Source: Burkholderiales bacterium (GTDB taxonomy: Bacteria > Pseudomonadota > Gammaproteobacteria > Burkholderiales > Usitatibacteraceae). From it: DNA of 64,000 bases. A model generated the notes under the pieces. It had not been told where the DNA came from and searched no databases. It saw only the letters and a list, made by a program, of their open reading frames with translations. Location: contig JAHCAK010000007.1 of assembly GCA_019634955.1 (NCBI GenBank), positions 24,734 through 88,733 of the forward strand, in the 5' to 3' direction. This document shows positions 19,028 to 27,542 of the stretch, piece after piece. Position numbers and translations under genes: made by a program. How positions within the stretch are numbered: position 1 is the first letter of the stretch; each line of letters opens with the position of its first letter.

Positions 19028-20464
19028 ATGCGCCCCATGCTCACAGCCGCGATCCCGACCACCCCCGCCCCCCGCCCCGAGTCCCTCCCGGCCCAGATCG
19101 ACCTGGACCTCGTGCAGCGGTTCGACAAGCTGGGGCCCCGCTACACCAGCTACCCCACCGCGGACCGGTTCGTCGAGGCCTTCGACGCGCAGTCCTTCGA
19201 GCAGGCGATGCGCACCCGCCTCATCGGGGCCGTGCGCCAGCCCCTGTCGCTCTACGTCCACCTGCCCTTCTGCAACACGATCTGCTTCTACTGCGGGTGC
19301 AACAAGGTGGTGACGCGCGACAAGTCGCGCGCCGCGCGCTACATCCACTACCTCGGCAAGGAGATCGCCATGCAGGCGGCGCTCGCCGGGGACGACCGCC
19401 GCGTGCGCCAGATGCACTGGGGCGGCGGCACGCCGACCTTCCTCTCCGAGCACGAGCTGCGCGTGGTGTGGGAGCTGCTGCGCGCCCACTTCGAGTTCAC
19501 GCCGGACGGCGAGTACGCGATCGAGGTGGACCCCCGTTCCTGCCCCCCGGAGACGATCCGGCTGCTCGCGGAGCTCGGCTTCAACCGCGCGAGCTTCGGC
19601 GTCCAGGATTTCGACCCCGCGGTGCAGCGCGCCGTCAACCGCATCCAGCCCTACGAGATGACGCGCGACGTGATCGAGACCTCGCGCGCGTGCGGCTTCA
19701 AGTCCCTCAACGTCGACCTCATCTACGGGCTGCCCAAGCAGAGCGTCTCGAGCTTCACCGACACCGTCGAGCGCGTGCTGGAGCTGCGCCCCGACCGCAT
19801 CGCGCTCTACTCGTACGCCCACCTGCCGCAGCGCTTCAAGCCGCAGCGGCGCATCCTCGACGTGGACCTGCCCAGCGCCGCCGAGAAGCTCGGCATCCTC
19901 GCGCGCGCGATCGACCTCTTCAACCGCGCGGGCTACGTCTACATCGGCATGGACCACTTCGCGCTGCCCGACGACGAGCTCGCCCGCGCGCAGCGCTCCG
20001 GCACCCTCACGCGCAACTTCCAGGGCTACACCGTGGGCCCGGACGGCGACATGCTCTCCTTCGGGGTGTCGGCCATCGCCAAGGTCGGGCCCACCTACAG
20101 CCAGAACGCGCGCGAGCTGCCGGCGTACTACGACTCGCTCGAGCAGGGCCGCCTGCCGATCATCCGCGGGCTCGAGCTCTCCGCCGACGACCTGCTGCGC
20201 CGCTCGGTCATCGTGGCGCTCATGTGCCAGTTCTGCGTCTCCTTCGAGTCCGTCGAGGCCGCCCACCTCGTGAAGTTCGAGGAGTACTTCGCCTTCGAGC
20301 TCGAGGCGCTTCGCGAGTTCGAGGAGCTCGGCCTCGTCGAGCGCGAGCCCGGCTGGATTGCGGTCACGCCCAAGGGCCGCTTCTTCGTCCGCGCGATCTC
20401 GGCCGTCTTCGACAAGTACCTGCGCGCCGACAAGGCGCGCGTGGCGTACTCGCGCATCATCTGA
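19028..20464 (+). CDS. hemN: Oxygen-independent coproporphyrinogen III oxidase (radical SAM)
   Basis: 478 aa. It has the YVHLPFCNTICFYCGCN radical-SAM CxxxCxxC motif and a HemN C-terminal domain. An alternative ATG exists at 19037. Confidence 0.95.
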   Translation: MRPMLTAAIPTTPAPRPESLPAQIDLDLVQRFDKLGPRYTSYPTADRFVEAFDAQSFEQAMRTRLIGAVRQPLSLYVHLPFCNTICFYCGCNKVVTRDKSRAARYIHYLGKEIAMQAALAGDDRRVRQMHWGGGTPTFLSEHELRVVWELLRAHFEFTPDGEYAIEVDPRSCPPETIRLLAELGFNRASFGVQDFDPAVQRAVNRIQPYEMTRDVIETSRACGFKSLNVDLIYGLPKQSVSSFTDTVERVLELRPDRIALYSYAHLPQRFKPQRRILDVDLPSAAEKLGILARAIDLFNRAGYVYIGMDHFALPDDELARAQRSGTLTRNFQGYTVGPDGDMLSFGVSAIAKVGPTYSQNARELPAYYDSLEQGRLPIIRGLELSADDLLRRSVIVALMCQFCVSFESVEAAHLVKFEEYFAFELEALREFEELGLVEREPGWIAVTPKGRFFVRAISAVFDKYLRADKARVAYSRII

Positions 20465-20489
20465 GCCCGCCCCGGCCGGGACGCCCCCG

Positions 20490-21191
20490 GTGATCGGCCC
20501 CCTCGCCCTCAGCGCCGCCACGGTCGCCTTCTTCGGGACGGCCCACTGCGCGGCCATGTGCGGCGGCTTCGTGGCGACGGCCGCCGGCGACGCCTCGCGG
20601 CGGCCGCTCGCCGCGGCGGCGCTGCACGGCGGGAGGCTCCTTTCCTACGCGGCGGCGGGCGCGGTCGCCGGCGCCATCGGCGCCACGCCGGCCATGCTCG
20701 TGGGTTCCGCACGCCTCCATGCCGTCCTGTTCTCGTTGGCGGCACTCGTGCTCCTGGTGACGGGGCTTCGCCTCGCCGGCCTGCGCCTCGTACGCCCCCC
20801 CGACGCGATGCTGGTCGAGCCCCTGTGGCGCCGGGCGAGCGCCGCGGCGCGCCGGCTCGGCCCGCCGGACACCTGGCCCAAGCGGCTGGGGCTGGGCGTG
20901 CTGTGGGGCTGGGCGCCCTGCGCGCTGGTCTATTCGGCCCTGCCGATGGCGCTGGTGTCGGGGTCCGCCGCACGCGGCGCGCTGGTGATGCTCGCTTTCG
21001 GGGCGGGAACCCTGCCGGCCCTGCTCGGGGCGACCTGGCTCATGGGACGAGGCACGGCCCTCCTGCCCGGATCCGTGGCACGCCGCGTCACGGGATGGGC
21101 CATCGTCGTGCTCGCGATCGCGGGCATCGCCCAGGCGCTGGGCGTGGCCGATACCCCCCTCGGCGCCTTCTGCGTGACGCCCGCGCCCTGA
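20490..21191 (+). CDS. TauE/SafE-like (DsbD_2-like) polytopic membrane protein
   Basis: Lies inside track ORF 20358..21191. The GTG at 20490 gives VIGPLALSAATVAFFGTAHCAAMCGGFV, and the HCxxMCGG motif is typical of this family, which often accompanies cco/heavy-metal ATPase clusters. It has about 6 TM helices. Confidence 0.65.
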   Translation: MIGPLALSAATVAFFGTAHCAAMCGGFVATAAGDASRRPLAAAALHGGRLLSYAAAGAVAGAIGATPAMLVGSARLHAVLFSLAALVLLVTGLRLAGLRLVRPPDAMLVEPLWRRASAAARRLGPPDTWPKRLGLGVLWGWAPCALVYSALPMALVSGSAARGALVMLAFGAGTLPALLGATWLMGRGTALLPGSVARRVTGWAIVVLAIAGIAQALGVADTPLGAFCVTPAP

Positions 21192-21192
21192 G

Positions 21193-21687
21193 CTACTTCG
21201 CCTCGTCGTGGCCGTCGTCGACGCGGGCGGCGACCGTTTCCGCCACGAGCCCCCGCTCGTCGATCATCACCGAGTAGTCGACGAGATACCCCCAGGTGTC
21301 GCGCACCCGGTAATCCCACGCCACCTGGCGCTTGTTGGGGAAGTCCATCGTGCGCCACGGCGGGCCGATGAGCCGCAGCACCTCGTCCTTCGTCACGCCC
21401 GGCGTGACGCGGCTGCGGCTGTCGTCGGTGAGGCCGTTCTCGAGGCGCGCGAGCCGCCCGTCGGGCGCGATGCGGGCCATCCAGGTGTGCGTGCCTCCCG
21501 GCCCACCGGGGTAGGCGAGGCTGCGCGTACCCGCAGGGCCCTCGAGCGCCAGCGCCGGCTCGCCCAGCGCCCGGCGCACGTCGGCCTCCGTGGACCGGCC
21601 CGGCTCGAGCCCGTGCAGGCCGACCGCCGCGCAGCCGGCGAGGATTCCTGCCGCGGCCGCGAGGCCGCCGATTCCCGAAAGTCCCAT
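21193..21687 (-). CDS. Lipoprotein with BamE/SmpA/OmlA-like domain
   Basis: Lies inside track ORF 21193..21780. The ATG at 21687 gives MGLSGIGGLAAAAGILAGC, a lipobox (LAGC). The downstream GRSTEADVRRALGEP and TKDEVLRLIGPP segments resemble tandem BamE-like modules. Confidence 0.6.
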   Translation of the reverse strand: MGLSGIGGLAAAAGILAGCAAVGLHGLEPGRSTEADVRRALGEPALALEGPAGTRSLAYPGGPGGTHTWMARIAPDGRLARLENGLTDDSRSRVTPGVTKDEVLRLIGPPWRTMDFPNKRQVAWDYRVRDTWGYLVDYSVMIDERGLVAETVAARVDDGHDEAK

Positions 21688-21794
21688 GACACCGCCTCCT
21701 TCGCGTGGATCGCGTGCGACTATGATGCTCCCATGCGGCGGCGGTTCCACGCAGGGCCCGCGCCGGCACCCTTCCACCACGAACGCACACCCCC

Positions 21795-22427
21795 ATGAGC
21801 GACGCCCTCAACTACCTCGTCAAGGCCCGCCCCGAGGCGATCGGCCCCTACCTCGCCTTCCTCAAGGAGGCCGGCCGCCACCTCGATCCCAAGACCCGCA
21901 ACCTCATCTCGGTCATCACCAAGGTCCACTCCCAGACGCGCAACGGGTTCCGCCAGTACCTCGGCCGCGCGCTGCGCGAGGGCGCCACGCCCGACGAGGT
22001 GCTCGACGCGCTCCTCATGGCGTTTCCCGCCCTCGGGCTCGCGAAGATCATCTGGGCGGTCGACATCATCCTGGAGATGGACATCCCCGGCTTCGACCCG
22101 GCGCGGCTCGGCGGCAAGGCGAAGCCCGAGTGGCACGACGTGGCCGCGCTGGCCGAGCTGCCCGCCGAGGGCGTGAAGCGCCTCGAGGCGGGCGACCGCG
22201 GCCTCTTCGTCTACCGCACGGCCGCGGAGATCCGCGTCTACGACAGCCGCTGCCCCCACCAGGTGACCAACATCCCGGAGCTCGCCGTGAAGGGCCTCAC
22301 GCTCACGTGCCCGAAGCACGAGTGGGCCTTCGACCTCGCCACCGGCAATTGCATCGCCAAGGGCACGAGCCCCCTCAACCGACTCGAGCACCGCGTCACC
22401 GGCGGCCGGCTCGAGGTGCTCTGGTAG
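21795..22427 (+). CDS. Fusion protein: carboxymuconolactone-decarboxylase (AhpD-like) domain + Rieske [2Fe-2S] domain
   Basis: 210 aa. The N-terminal ~100 aa are CMD-like (LDPKTRNLISVITKVHSQTRNGFRQYLGRALREGATPDEVLDALLMAFP). The C-terminus carries Rieske ligand boxes CPHQ and CPKHEW separated by 17 residues. Confidence 0.7.
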   Translation: MSDALNYLVKARPEAIGPYLAFLKEAGRHLDPKTRNLISVITKVHSQTRNGFRQYLGRALREGATPDEVLDALLMAFPALGLAKIIWAVDIILEMDIPGFDPARLGGKAKPEWHDVAALAELPAEGVKRLEAGDRGLFVYRTAAEIRVYDSRCPHQVTNIPELAVKGLTLTCPKHEWAFDLATGNCIAKGTSPLNRLEHRVTGGRLEVLW

Positions 22428-22438
22428 GCGGGCGGCCC

Positions 22439-22951
22439 GTGAAGATCTGCATCGTTTCCGACAGCCACGACCGCGCCGACCCGCTCGCGCGCGCCGTGCA
22501 TGCGGCGAAGGCGCTCGGCGCCGAGGCCGTCATCCACTGCGGCGACCTGATCGGCGCCCAGACCGTGAAGCCGGCGCTGGCGGCCGGCCTGCCCGTGCAC
22601 GCCATCCACGGCAACAACCTGGGCGACGCGCAGGCGATGCATTTCCAGTCGCGCATGAGCGGCGGACTGCTCCAGTACCACGGGGCGGAGGCCCGGCTCG
22701 AGCTCGCCGGCAGGCGCCTCATCGTGACCCACTACGACCACCACGGCTACGCGCTCGCCTGCACGGGCGAGTGGGACCTCGTCTGCTGCGGCCACTCGCA
22801 CCGCGCGGAAGCCCGGCAGGTGCCCGACGTGAAGGGCGGCGCCTCCTGGCTCGTCAATCCCGGCACGGTGGCGGGCCTGGCCGCGCCGGCCACGTGGGTG
22901 CTGGCGGACCTCGCGGCGATGCGCTTCGGCGTCCATACGCTGGATCTATAG
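22439..22951 (+). CDS. Metallophosphoesterase (YfcE/MJ0936 family)
   Basis: Tail of track ORF 21590..22951. The GTG at 22439 gives VKICIVSDSHDRADPL...VIHCGDL...HGNN...CCGHSH, the full phosphoesterase metal-ligand motif series. Confidence 0.8.
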   Translation: MKICIVSDSHDRADPLARAVHAAKALGAEAVIHCGDLIGAQTVKPALAAGLPVHAIHGNNLGDAQAMHFQSRMSGGLLQYHGAEARLELAGRRLIVTHYDHHGYALACTGEWDLVCCGHSHRAEARQVPDVKGGASWLVNPGTVAGLAAPATWVLADLAAMRFGVHTLDL

Positions 22952-22967
22952 GCGCATAACCTTATTC

Positions 22968-22998
22968 TTGTCCGCTGCACCTTGTTGGATCCTAGAAT
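22968..22998 (+). promoter_or_regulatory. Candidate sigma70-like promoter for aprMBA (TTGTCC-19 nt-TAGAAT)
   Basis: The hexamers were read directly in the AT-richer 95-bp gap upstream of aprM. The 19-nt spacer is longer than optimal, so this is tentative. Confidence 0.3.
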
Positions 22999-23046
22999 GC
23001 ACCTTTTGGGGCGATCGATCGCCTCGCTCGGCCAGGGAGGGCCACG

Positions 23047-23874
23047 ATGTTCACCAGCAATGCCTTCGCGGCGGTCTCGGGAAGCCTGCCCGCCGGCTTC
23101 ATGCAGTGGTTCGTGGGACTGATGATCCTGGCGGTCATCCTCGGCACGCTCCTGGACGTGGTCCACAAGGGCAGCGCGACCTACTTCTTCGCCAATTGGC
23201 GCAAGACCAAGGAAAAGGGCGCCCCGGTCGACGTCGCCTCGATCGCGGTCAAGACCGTCGTCGTGGACGTCCTCGCCTCGGGCGAGTTCTGCAACCAGCG
23301 GCGCCGCGTCGCCCACCTGCTGACCATGTACGGGTTCGTCATCTACCTCGTGACAACGCTCCTGATGGTCTACGCCTACCCGACCGCCGCCACGCCCACG
23401 CCGGCCCTGGTGGCGCAGCTCTGGTGGCTCGGCGGCCTGATGGCGCTGGCCGGGGGCTACTGGTTCTGGTTCTTCATCCGCGTCGACGTCGCGGCCGAAG
23501 GCGGCACGCCGCTTCGCGTGATGCGCGCCGACCTCTTCATCCTCTCGCTCCTCGCCAGCGTGACGCTCGGCCTCGTCTGGGCCGGGCTGCAGGCGAGCGG
23601 GAGCGCGGCCTCCGGCGTCGTCTTCGGCCTGTACCTCGCGGCCACCGCGGTGCTGTTCGGCGGGGTGTACTGGTCCAAGTTCGCGCACATGTTCTTCAAG
23701 CCCGCGGCGGCCTTCGAGAAGCGGGTCGCCGAGGCCAACGGCACGAACATGAACCTGCCGACGCAGACCCGCGACGACCCCGCGCAGCGGGAGCGCCACT
23801 CGATGGAGCTGCTGAAGGACGCCCCGATGGACATGGGGCTCGGCATCAAGCGCGAAGCGCCGCGCCACTACTAG
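23047..23874 (+). CDS. aprM: APS reductase membrane anchor AprM
   Basis: 275 aa with about 5 TM helices and a hydrophilic C-terminus. It lies immediately upstream of aprB-aprA, the aprMBA arrangement known from Allochromatium-type sulfur oxidisers. The assignment rests on synteny and topology. Confidence 0.7.
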   Translation: MFTSNAFAAVSGSLPAGFMQWFVGLMILAVILGTLLDVVHKGSATYFFANWRKTKEKGAPVDVASIAVKTVVVDVLASGEFCNQRRRVAHLLTMYGFVIYLVTTLLMVYAYPTAATPTPALVAQLWWLGGLMALAGGYWFWFFIRVDVAAEGGTPLRVMRADLFILSLLASVTLGLVWAGLQASGSAASGVVFGLYLAATAVLFGGVYWSKFAHMFFKPAAAFEKRVAEANGTNMNLPTQTRDDPAQRERHSMELLKDAPMDMGLGIKREAPRHY

Positions 23875-23922
23875 AAACCACCCGCCCGGATCCCGGCGGA
23901 ACGAAACCTACGGAGCCAGCCT

Positions 23923-24402
23923 ATGCCTACCTTCGTGTACATGACGAGGTGCGACGGATGCGGACACTGCGTCGACATCTGTCCCTCGGACATCATGCAC
24001 ATCGACAAGACCTACCGGCGCGCCTACAACATCGAGCCGAACATGTGCTGGGAGTGCTATTCCTGCGTGAAGGCCTGCCCGCAGCACGCGATCGACGTGC
24101 GCGGCTACGCCGACTTCGCCCCGCTGGGCCACAGCGTCCGGGTCCACCGCGACGAGCAGAAGGGCACGATCGCGTGGCGCATCAAGTTCCGCAACGGCAC
24201 CGAGAAGAACTTCCTGTCGCCGATCACCACGAAGCCCTGGGGGCAGGCGATCCCCAAGCTCGCGGAAGTTCCCGGCCCCAGCAAGGAAATGCGCGCGGGC
24301 GAGCTGCTTTACAACGAACCGAAGTACATCCGGCTGGATGAAGGCGGCCTGCGTTCGCTCAAGGACGCGGGCCTCACGTTGAGGAAAGGCGTGTCCTACT
24401 AA
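23923..24402 (+). CDS. aprB: Adenylylsulfate (APS) reductase beta subunit
   Basis: 159 aa: MPTFVYMTRCDGCGHCVDICPSDIMHID...CWECYSCVKACPQHAI plus the AprB-specific C-terminal tail. Confidence 0.95.
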   Translation: MPTFVYMTRCDGCGHCVDICPSDIMHIDKTYRRAYNIEPNMCWECYSCVKACPQHAIDVRGYADFAPLGHSVRVHRDEQKGTIAWRIKFRNGTEKNFLSPITTKPWGQAIPKLAEVPGPSKEMRAGELLYNEPKYIRLDEGGLRSLKDAGLTLRKGVSY

Positions 24403-24404
24403 TC

Positions 24405-26270
24405 ATGGCCTACGAAACGATCATCGAAGACGGCATCGACATCCTTGTCGTCGGCGCGGGGCTCGGCGGCACGGGCGCCGCCTGGGAGGCGAGATTCTGG
24501 GGGCAGGACAAGAAGATCGTCATCGCCGAGAAGGCCAACATCGACCGCTCCGGCGCGGTCGCCCAGGGCCTGTACGCGATCAACTGCTACATGGGCACGC
24601 GCTGGGGCGAGAACAACCCCGAGGACCACGTGCGCTACGCCCGCATCGACCTGATGGGCATGGTGCGGGAGGACCTGCTGTTCGACATGGCCCGCCACGT
24701 CGACTCCGCGGTGCACCAGTTCGAGGAGTGGGGCCTGCCGATCATGAAGGACCCGAAGACCGGGCGCTACCTGCGCGAGGGGCGCTGGCAGATCATGATC
24801 CACGGCGAGTCCTACAAGCCCATCGTGGCCGAGGCCGCCAAGAAGTCGGCCGACAAGGTCTTCAACCGCATCTGCGTCACCCACCTGCTGATGGACGAGA
24901 GCCGGGAGAACCGGGTCGCCGGTGCCGTCGGCTTCAACGTCCGCACGGGCAACTACCACGTCTTCAAGGCCAAGGCCGTGATCTGCGGGGCGGGCGGCGC
25001 CTCCAACATCTTCAAGCCGCGCTCCGTGGGCGAGGGTTCCGGCCGCACCTGGTACGCGCCCTGGTCCTCCGGGTCCGCCTACGGCCTGCTGATCAACGCC
25101 GGCGCCAAGATGACGCAGATGGAGAACCGCATCGTGCTGGCGCGGTTCAAGGACGGCTACGGCCCCGTCGGCGCCTACTTCCTGCACCTCAAGACCTACA
25201 CGCAGAACTGCCTGGGCGAGGAGTACGAGTCCAAGTGGTTCCCGGAGCTGCAGAAGATGGTCGGCAAGGAGTACCTCGATCCCGAGGCTTCGCACCTGAC
25301 GCACCGGCCGATCCCGACCTGCCTGCGCAACCACGCGCTGATCAGCGAGGTCAACGCCGGCCGCGGCCCCATCCACATGATCACCATGCGCGCCTTCCAG
25401 GACCCGCACCTGGAGGAGGTCGGCTGGGAGAACTTCCTCGGCATGACCGTCGGCCAGGCGGTGCTGTGGGCCGCCACCGACGTGGACCCCAAGAACGAGA
25501 ACCCCGAGCTCACCACCTCCGAGCCCTACGTCATGGGCTCGCACGCGACCGGCTCCGGCGCCTGGTGCTCCGGCCCCGAGGACCTTTCCCCGCCCGAGTA
25601 TTTCTGGGGCTACAACCGCATGACGACGGTCGAGGGCCTGTTCGGCGCCGGCGACGCGGTCGGCGGCACGCCGCACGCCTTCTCGTCGGGGTCGTTCACC
25701 GAAGGGCGGCTGGCCGCGAAGGCCGCCTGCAAGTACATCGACGACGGGAAGGCCGAGGGCATCGTCGTGACCGACGCGCAGATCAACCGCCGCAAGGAGG
25801 AGATCTACAAGCCCCTGGAGCACTACAGGGTCTACCGCAACGAGATCGTGGCGGGCGACGTCAACCCGCACTACATCAACCCCAAGCAGGGCCTGGACCG
25901 CCTGCAGAAGCTGATGGACGAGTATTGCGGCGGGGTGACCGTCAACTACATGACCAACGAGAAGCTCCTGCACATCGGCCTGAAGAAGCTGCGGATCCTC
26001 GAGGAGGACCTCGAGAGCCTCGCCGCCAAGGACACCCACGAGCTGCTGCGCGCCTGGGAGCTGAAGCACCGCCACCGCGCCGCCGAGTGCGTCACGCACC
26101 ACACGCTGTTCCGCAAGGAGACGCGCTGGCCGGGCTACTACTACCGCGGCGACGCGATGAAGGTGGACGACGAGAACTGGCACGTGCTGACGGTGTCGCG
26201 CCGCGACCCGAAGACCGGCGAATACACCATGGAGAAAGCGCCTTGCTATCACCTGGTGGCGGACGAGTAG
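24405..26270 (+). CDS. aprA: Adenylylsulfate (APS) reductase alpha subunit (FAD)
   Basis: 621 aa with the FAD motif DILVVGAGLGGTGAA and AprA-typical segments (RWQIMIHGESYKPIVAEAAK, WAPWSSGSAYG-like). It starts 3 nt after aprB. Confidence 0.95.
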   Translation: MAYETIIEDGIDILVVGAGLGGTGAAWEARFWGQDKKIVIAEKANIDRSGAVAQGLYAINCYMGTRWGENNPEDHVRYARIDLMGMVREDLLFDMARHVDSAVHQFEEWGLPIMKDPKTGRYLREGRWQIMIHGESYKPIVAEAAKKSADKVFNRICVTHLLMDESRENRVAGAVGFNVRTGNYHVFKAKAVICGAGGASNIFKPRSVGEGSGRTWYAPWSSGSAYGLLINAGAKMTQMENRIVLARFKDGYGPVGAYFLHLKTYTQNCLGEEYESKWFPELQKMVGKEYLDPEASHLTHRPIPTCLRNHALISEVNAGRGPIHMITMRAFQDPHLEEVGWENFLGMTVGQAVLWAATDVDPKNENPELTTSEPYVMGSHATGSGAWCSGPEDLSPPEYFWGYNRMTTVEGLFGAGDAVGGTPHAFSSGSFTEGRLAAKAACKYIDDGKAEGIVVTDAQINRRKEEIYKPLEHYRVYRNEIVAGDVNPHYINPKQGLDRLQKLMDEYCGGVTVNYMTNEKLLHIGLKKLRILEEDLESLAAKDTHELLRAWELKHRHRAAECVTHHTLFRKETRWPGYYYRGDAMKVDDENWHVLTVSRRDPKTGEYTMEKAPCYHLVADE

Positions 26271-26461
26271 TCGCGGCCCCCCCGGGCCCCGCGCCGCACG
26301 CGGCTCCCGCCTCCGGCGAGCCGCGCGCGAACATCGTCGACAAGCCCGACGACGAGATCCTCGCCCTCGCGAAGCCGCTGTGGCGCGACCTCGTCAAGTA
26401 CTCGAACGAGGGCAAGTACGGCGACTTCGCGAAGAACTTCTCCAGCTCGCTCGCGCTCGCG

Positions 26462-26677
26462 ATGAACCAGGTCGTCGCGGGCCACCAGTTCGCCAACAGC
26501 GAGCTGGCGAGGAGCCTCTCGGACGACTTCGACGCGCTCGGCACCATCCGCCGGGGCGAGCACGTGACGGTCCTCTTCCGGCAGCGCAGCACGAAGAAGC
26601 CGGGCGAATGGCTCGGCCGCCTCGTCCTCGGCTACGAGGACGGCAAGGTCCGCATCTTCGGCGCGTCGATCTTCTGA
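26462..26677 (+). CDS. Hypothetical protein downstream of aprA; coordinates give the minimal ATG-initiated ORF, and protein-like sequence continues upstream to about 26330
   Basis: Tail of track ORF 24728..26677. The segment ...NIVDKPDDEILALAKPLWRDLVKYSNEGKYGDFAKNFSSSLALAMNQVVAGHQFANSELARSLSDDFDALGTIRRGEHVTVLFRQRSTKKPGEWLGRLVLGYEDGKVRIFGASIF looks like a folded domain. The only in-frame canonical start is the ATG at 26462. Upstream there are only CTG (26378) and ATC (26333). Confidence 0.35.
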   Translation: MNQVVAGHQFANSELARSLSDDFDALGTIRRGEHVTVLFRQRSTKKPGEWLGRLVLGYEDGKVRIFGASIF

Positions 26678-26697
26678 GCACGATCCCCGGGCCCGGC

Positions 26698-27210
26698 GTG
26701 AGCCATACCATCCGCGACGGCAAGTTCGTCGAGCTGACCTACAAGGTGACCGACCGGAAGACGGGGCACGTCCTCACCCGGGTCGAGTTCCCGCTGGGCT
26801 ACGTCCACGGGCACAACGAGATCCTGGCGCCGTCGGTCCACGCGCAGCTCGAGGGCCGGTCGGCCGGCGACGTGATCGAGGTGGTGATCGACGGCAGCCA
26901 GATCTTCGGGCCCCGGGACGAGTCCCTCGTCTTCTCCGACGACATCGAGAACGTCCCGGAGGAGTACCGGCAGGTCGGCACCTCGATCCTCATGGAGAAC
27001 GACCGCGGCCAGACGCGCAGCTTCCTCGTGACCCACGTGGACGACGAGAAGCTCACGGTCGACGGCAACAACCCGCTCTCCGGCCGCGAGGTCGTCTTCG
27101 TCCTCGAGATACTGACCGTCCGCGATGCGACGGACGAGGAGGCGAAGGCGGGCGGGGCGATCCCCGCGGGCGCCGCGGTCGACCCCTCGCGCCTGCGGCC
27201 GGTGGGCTGA
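26698..27210 (+). CDS. FKBP-type peptidyl-prolyl cis-trans isomerase (SlyD-like)
   Basis: Tail of track ORF 26380..27210. The GTG at 26698 gives VSHTIRDGKFVELTYKVTD...VDGNNPLSGREVVFVLEILTVRDATDEEAKAG, the hallmark of SlyD/FkpB-type PPIases with an insert-in-flap. Confidence 0.85.
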   Translation: MSHTIRDGKFVELTYKVTDRKTGHVLTRVEFPLGYVHGHNEILAPSVHAQLEGRSAGDVIEVVIDGSQIFGPRDESLVFSDDIENVPEEYRQVGTSILMENDRGQTRSFLVTHVDDEKLTVDGNNPLSGREVVFVLEILTVRDATDEEAKAGGAIPAGAAVDPSRLRPVG

Positions 27211-27251
27211 TTCCCGAACCGCAGTTCTGACAACAGCGAGAAAGGTGACAC

Positions 27252-27413
27252 ATGAGCGACCACAAGCCGCCCCCCGCCAAGGTGCCCGACGGGCATTCGC
27301 GCTTCCTGACGACGCGCCAGAAGGCGCCCAACGAGAAGGGCTTCGTCGGCTACGAGACCATCTGGGAGCCGTTCCAGAAGGAAGCCGAGTACAAGACGCC
27401 GAAGAGGCCGTAG
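27252..27413 (+). CDS. Small basic hypothetical protein (53 aa)
   Basis: My own translation gives MSDHKPPPAKVPDGHSRFLTTRQKAPNEKGFVGYETIWEPFQKEAEYKTPKRP. The ATG is preceded by GAGAAAGGTGA, and a strong intrinsic terminator follows. It is below the track length cutoff. Confidence 0.4.
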   Translation: MSDHKPPPAKVPDGHSRFLTTRQKAPNEKGFVGYETIWEPFQKEAEYKTPKRP

Positions 27414-27480
27414 GCCTCGCGCGGCGGCCCGGGGGCGCCTGATCGGCGCGCCTCCCGGCCGCGGATACCCGCCCGTCCGC

Positions 27481-27506
27481 GGGGGCCGCTCGGCGGCCCC
27501 CTTTTT
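27481..27506 (+). terminator. Rho-independent terminator
   Basis: Perfect 9-bp GC stem GGGGGCCGC / GCGGCCCCC with a 3-nt loop (TCG), followed by TTTTT. It closes the apr / SlyD-like / small-ORF transcription unit. Confidence 0.8.
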
Positions 27507-27542
27507 ATGCTTGAATAAGTCCCTTCGATAGGGGACCAGGCA

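Noticed and set aside
26240-26290. Programmed -1 frameshift joining aprA to the downstream open frame.
   Set aside because: There is no X-XXY-YYZ slippery heptamer near the aprA 3' end. AprA at 621 aa is already full length relative to what I recall of the family. The -1 frame is open through all of aprA simply because of GC bias.
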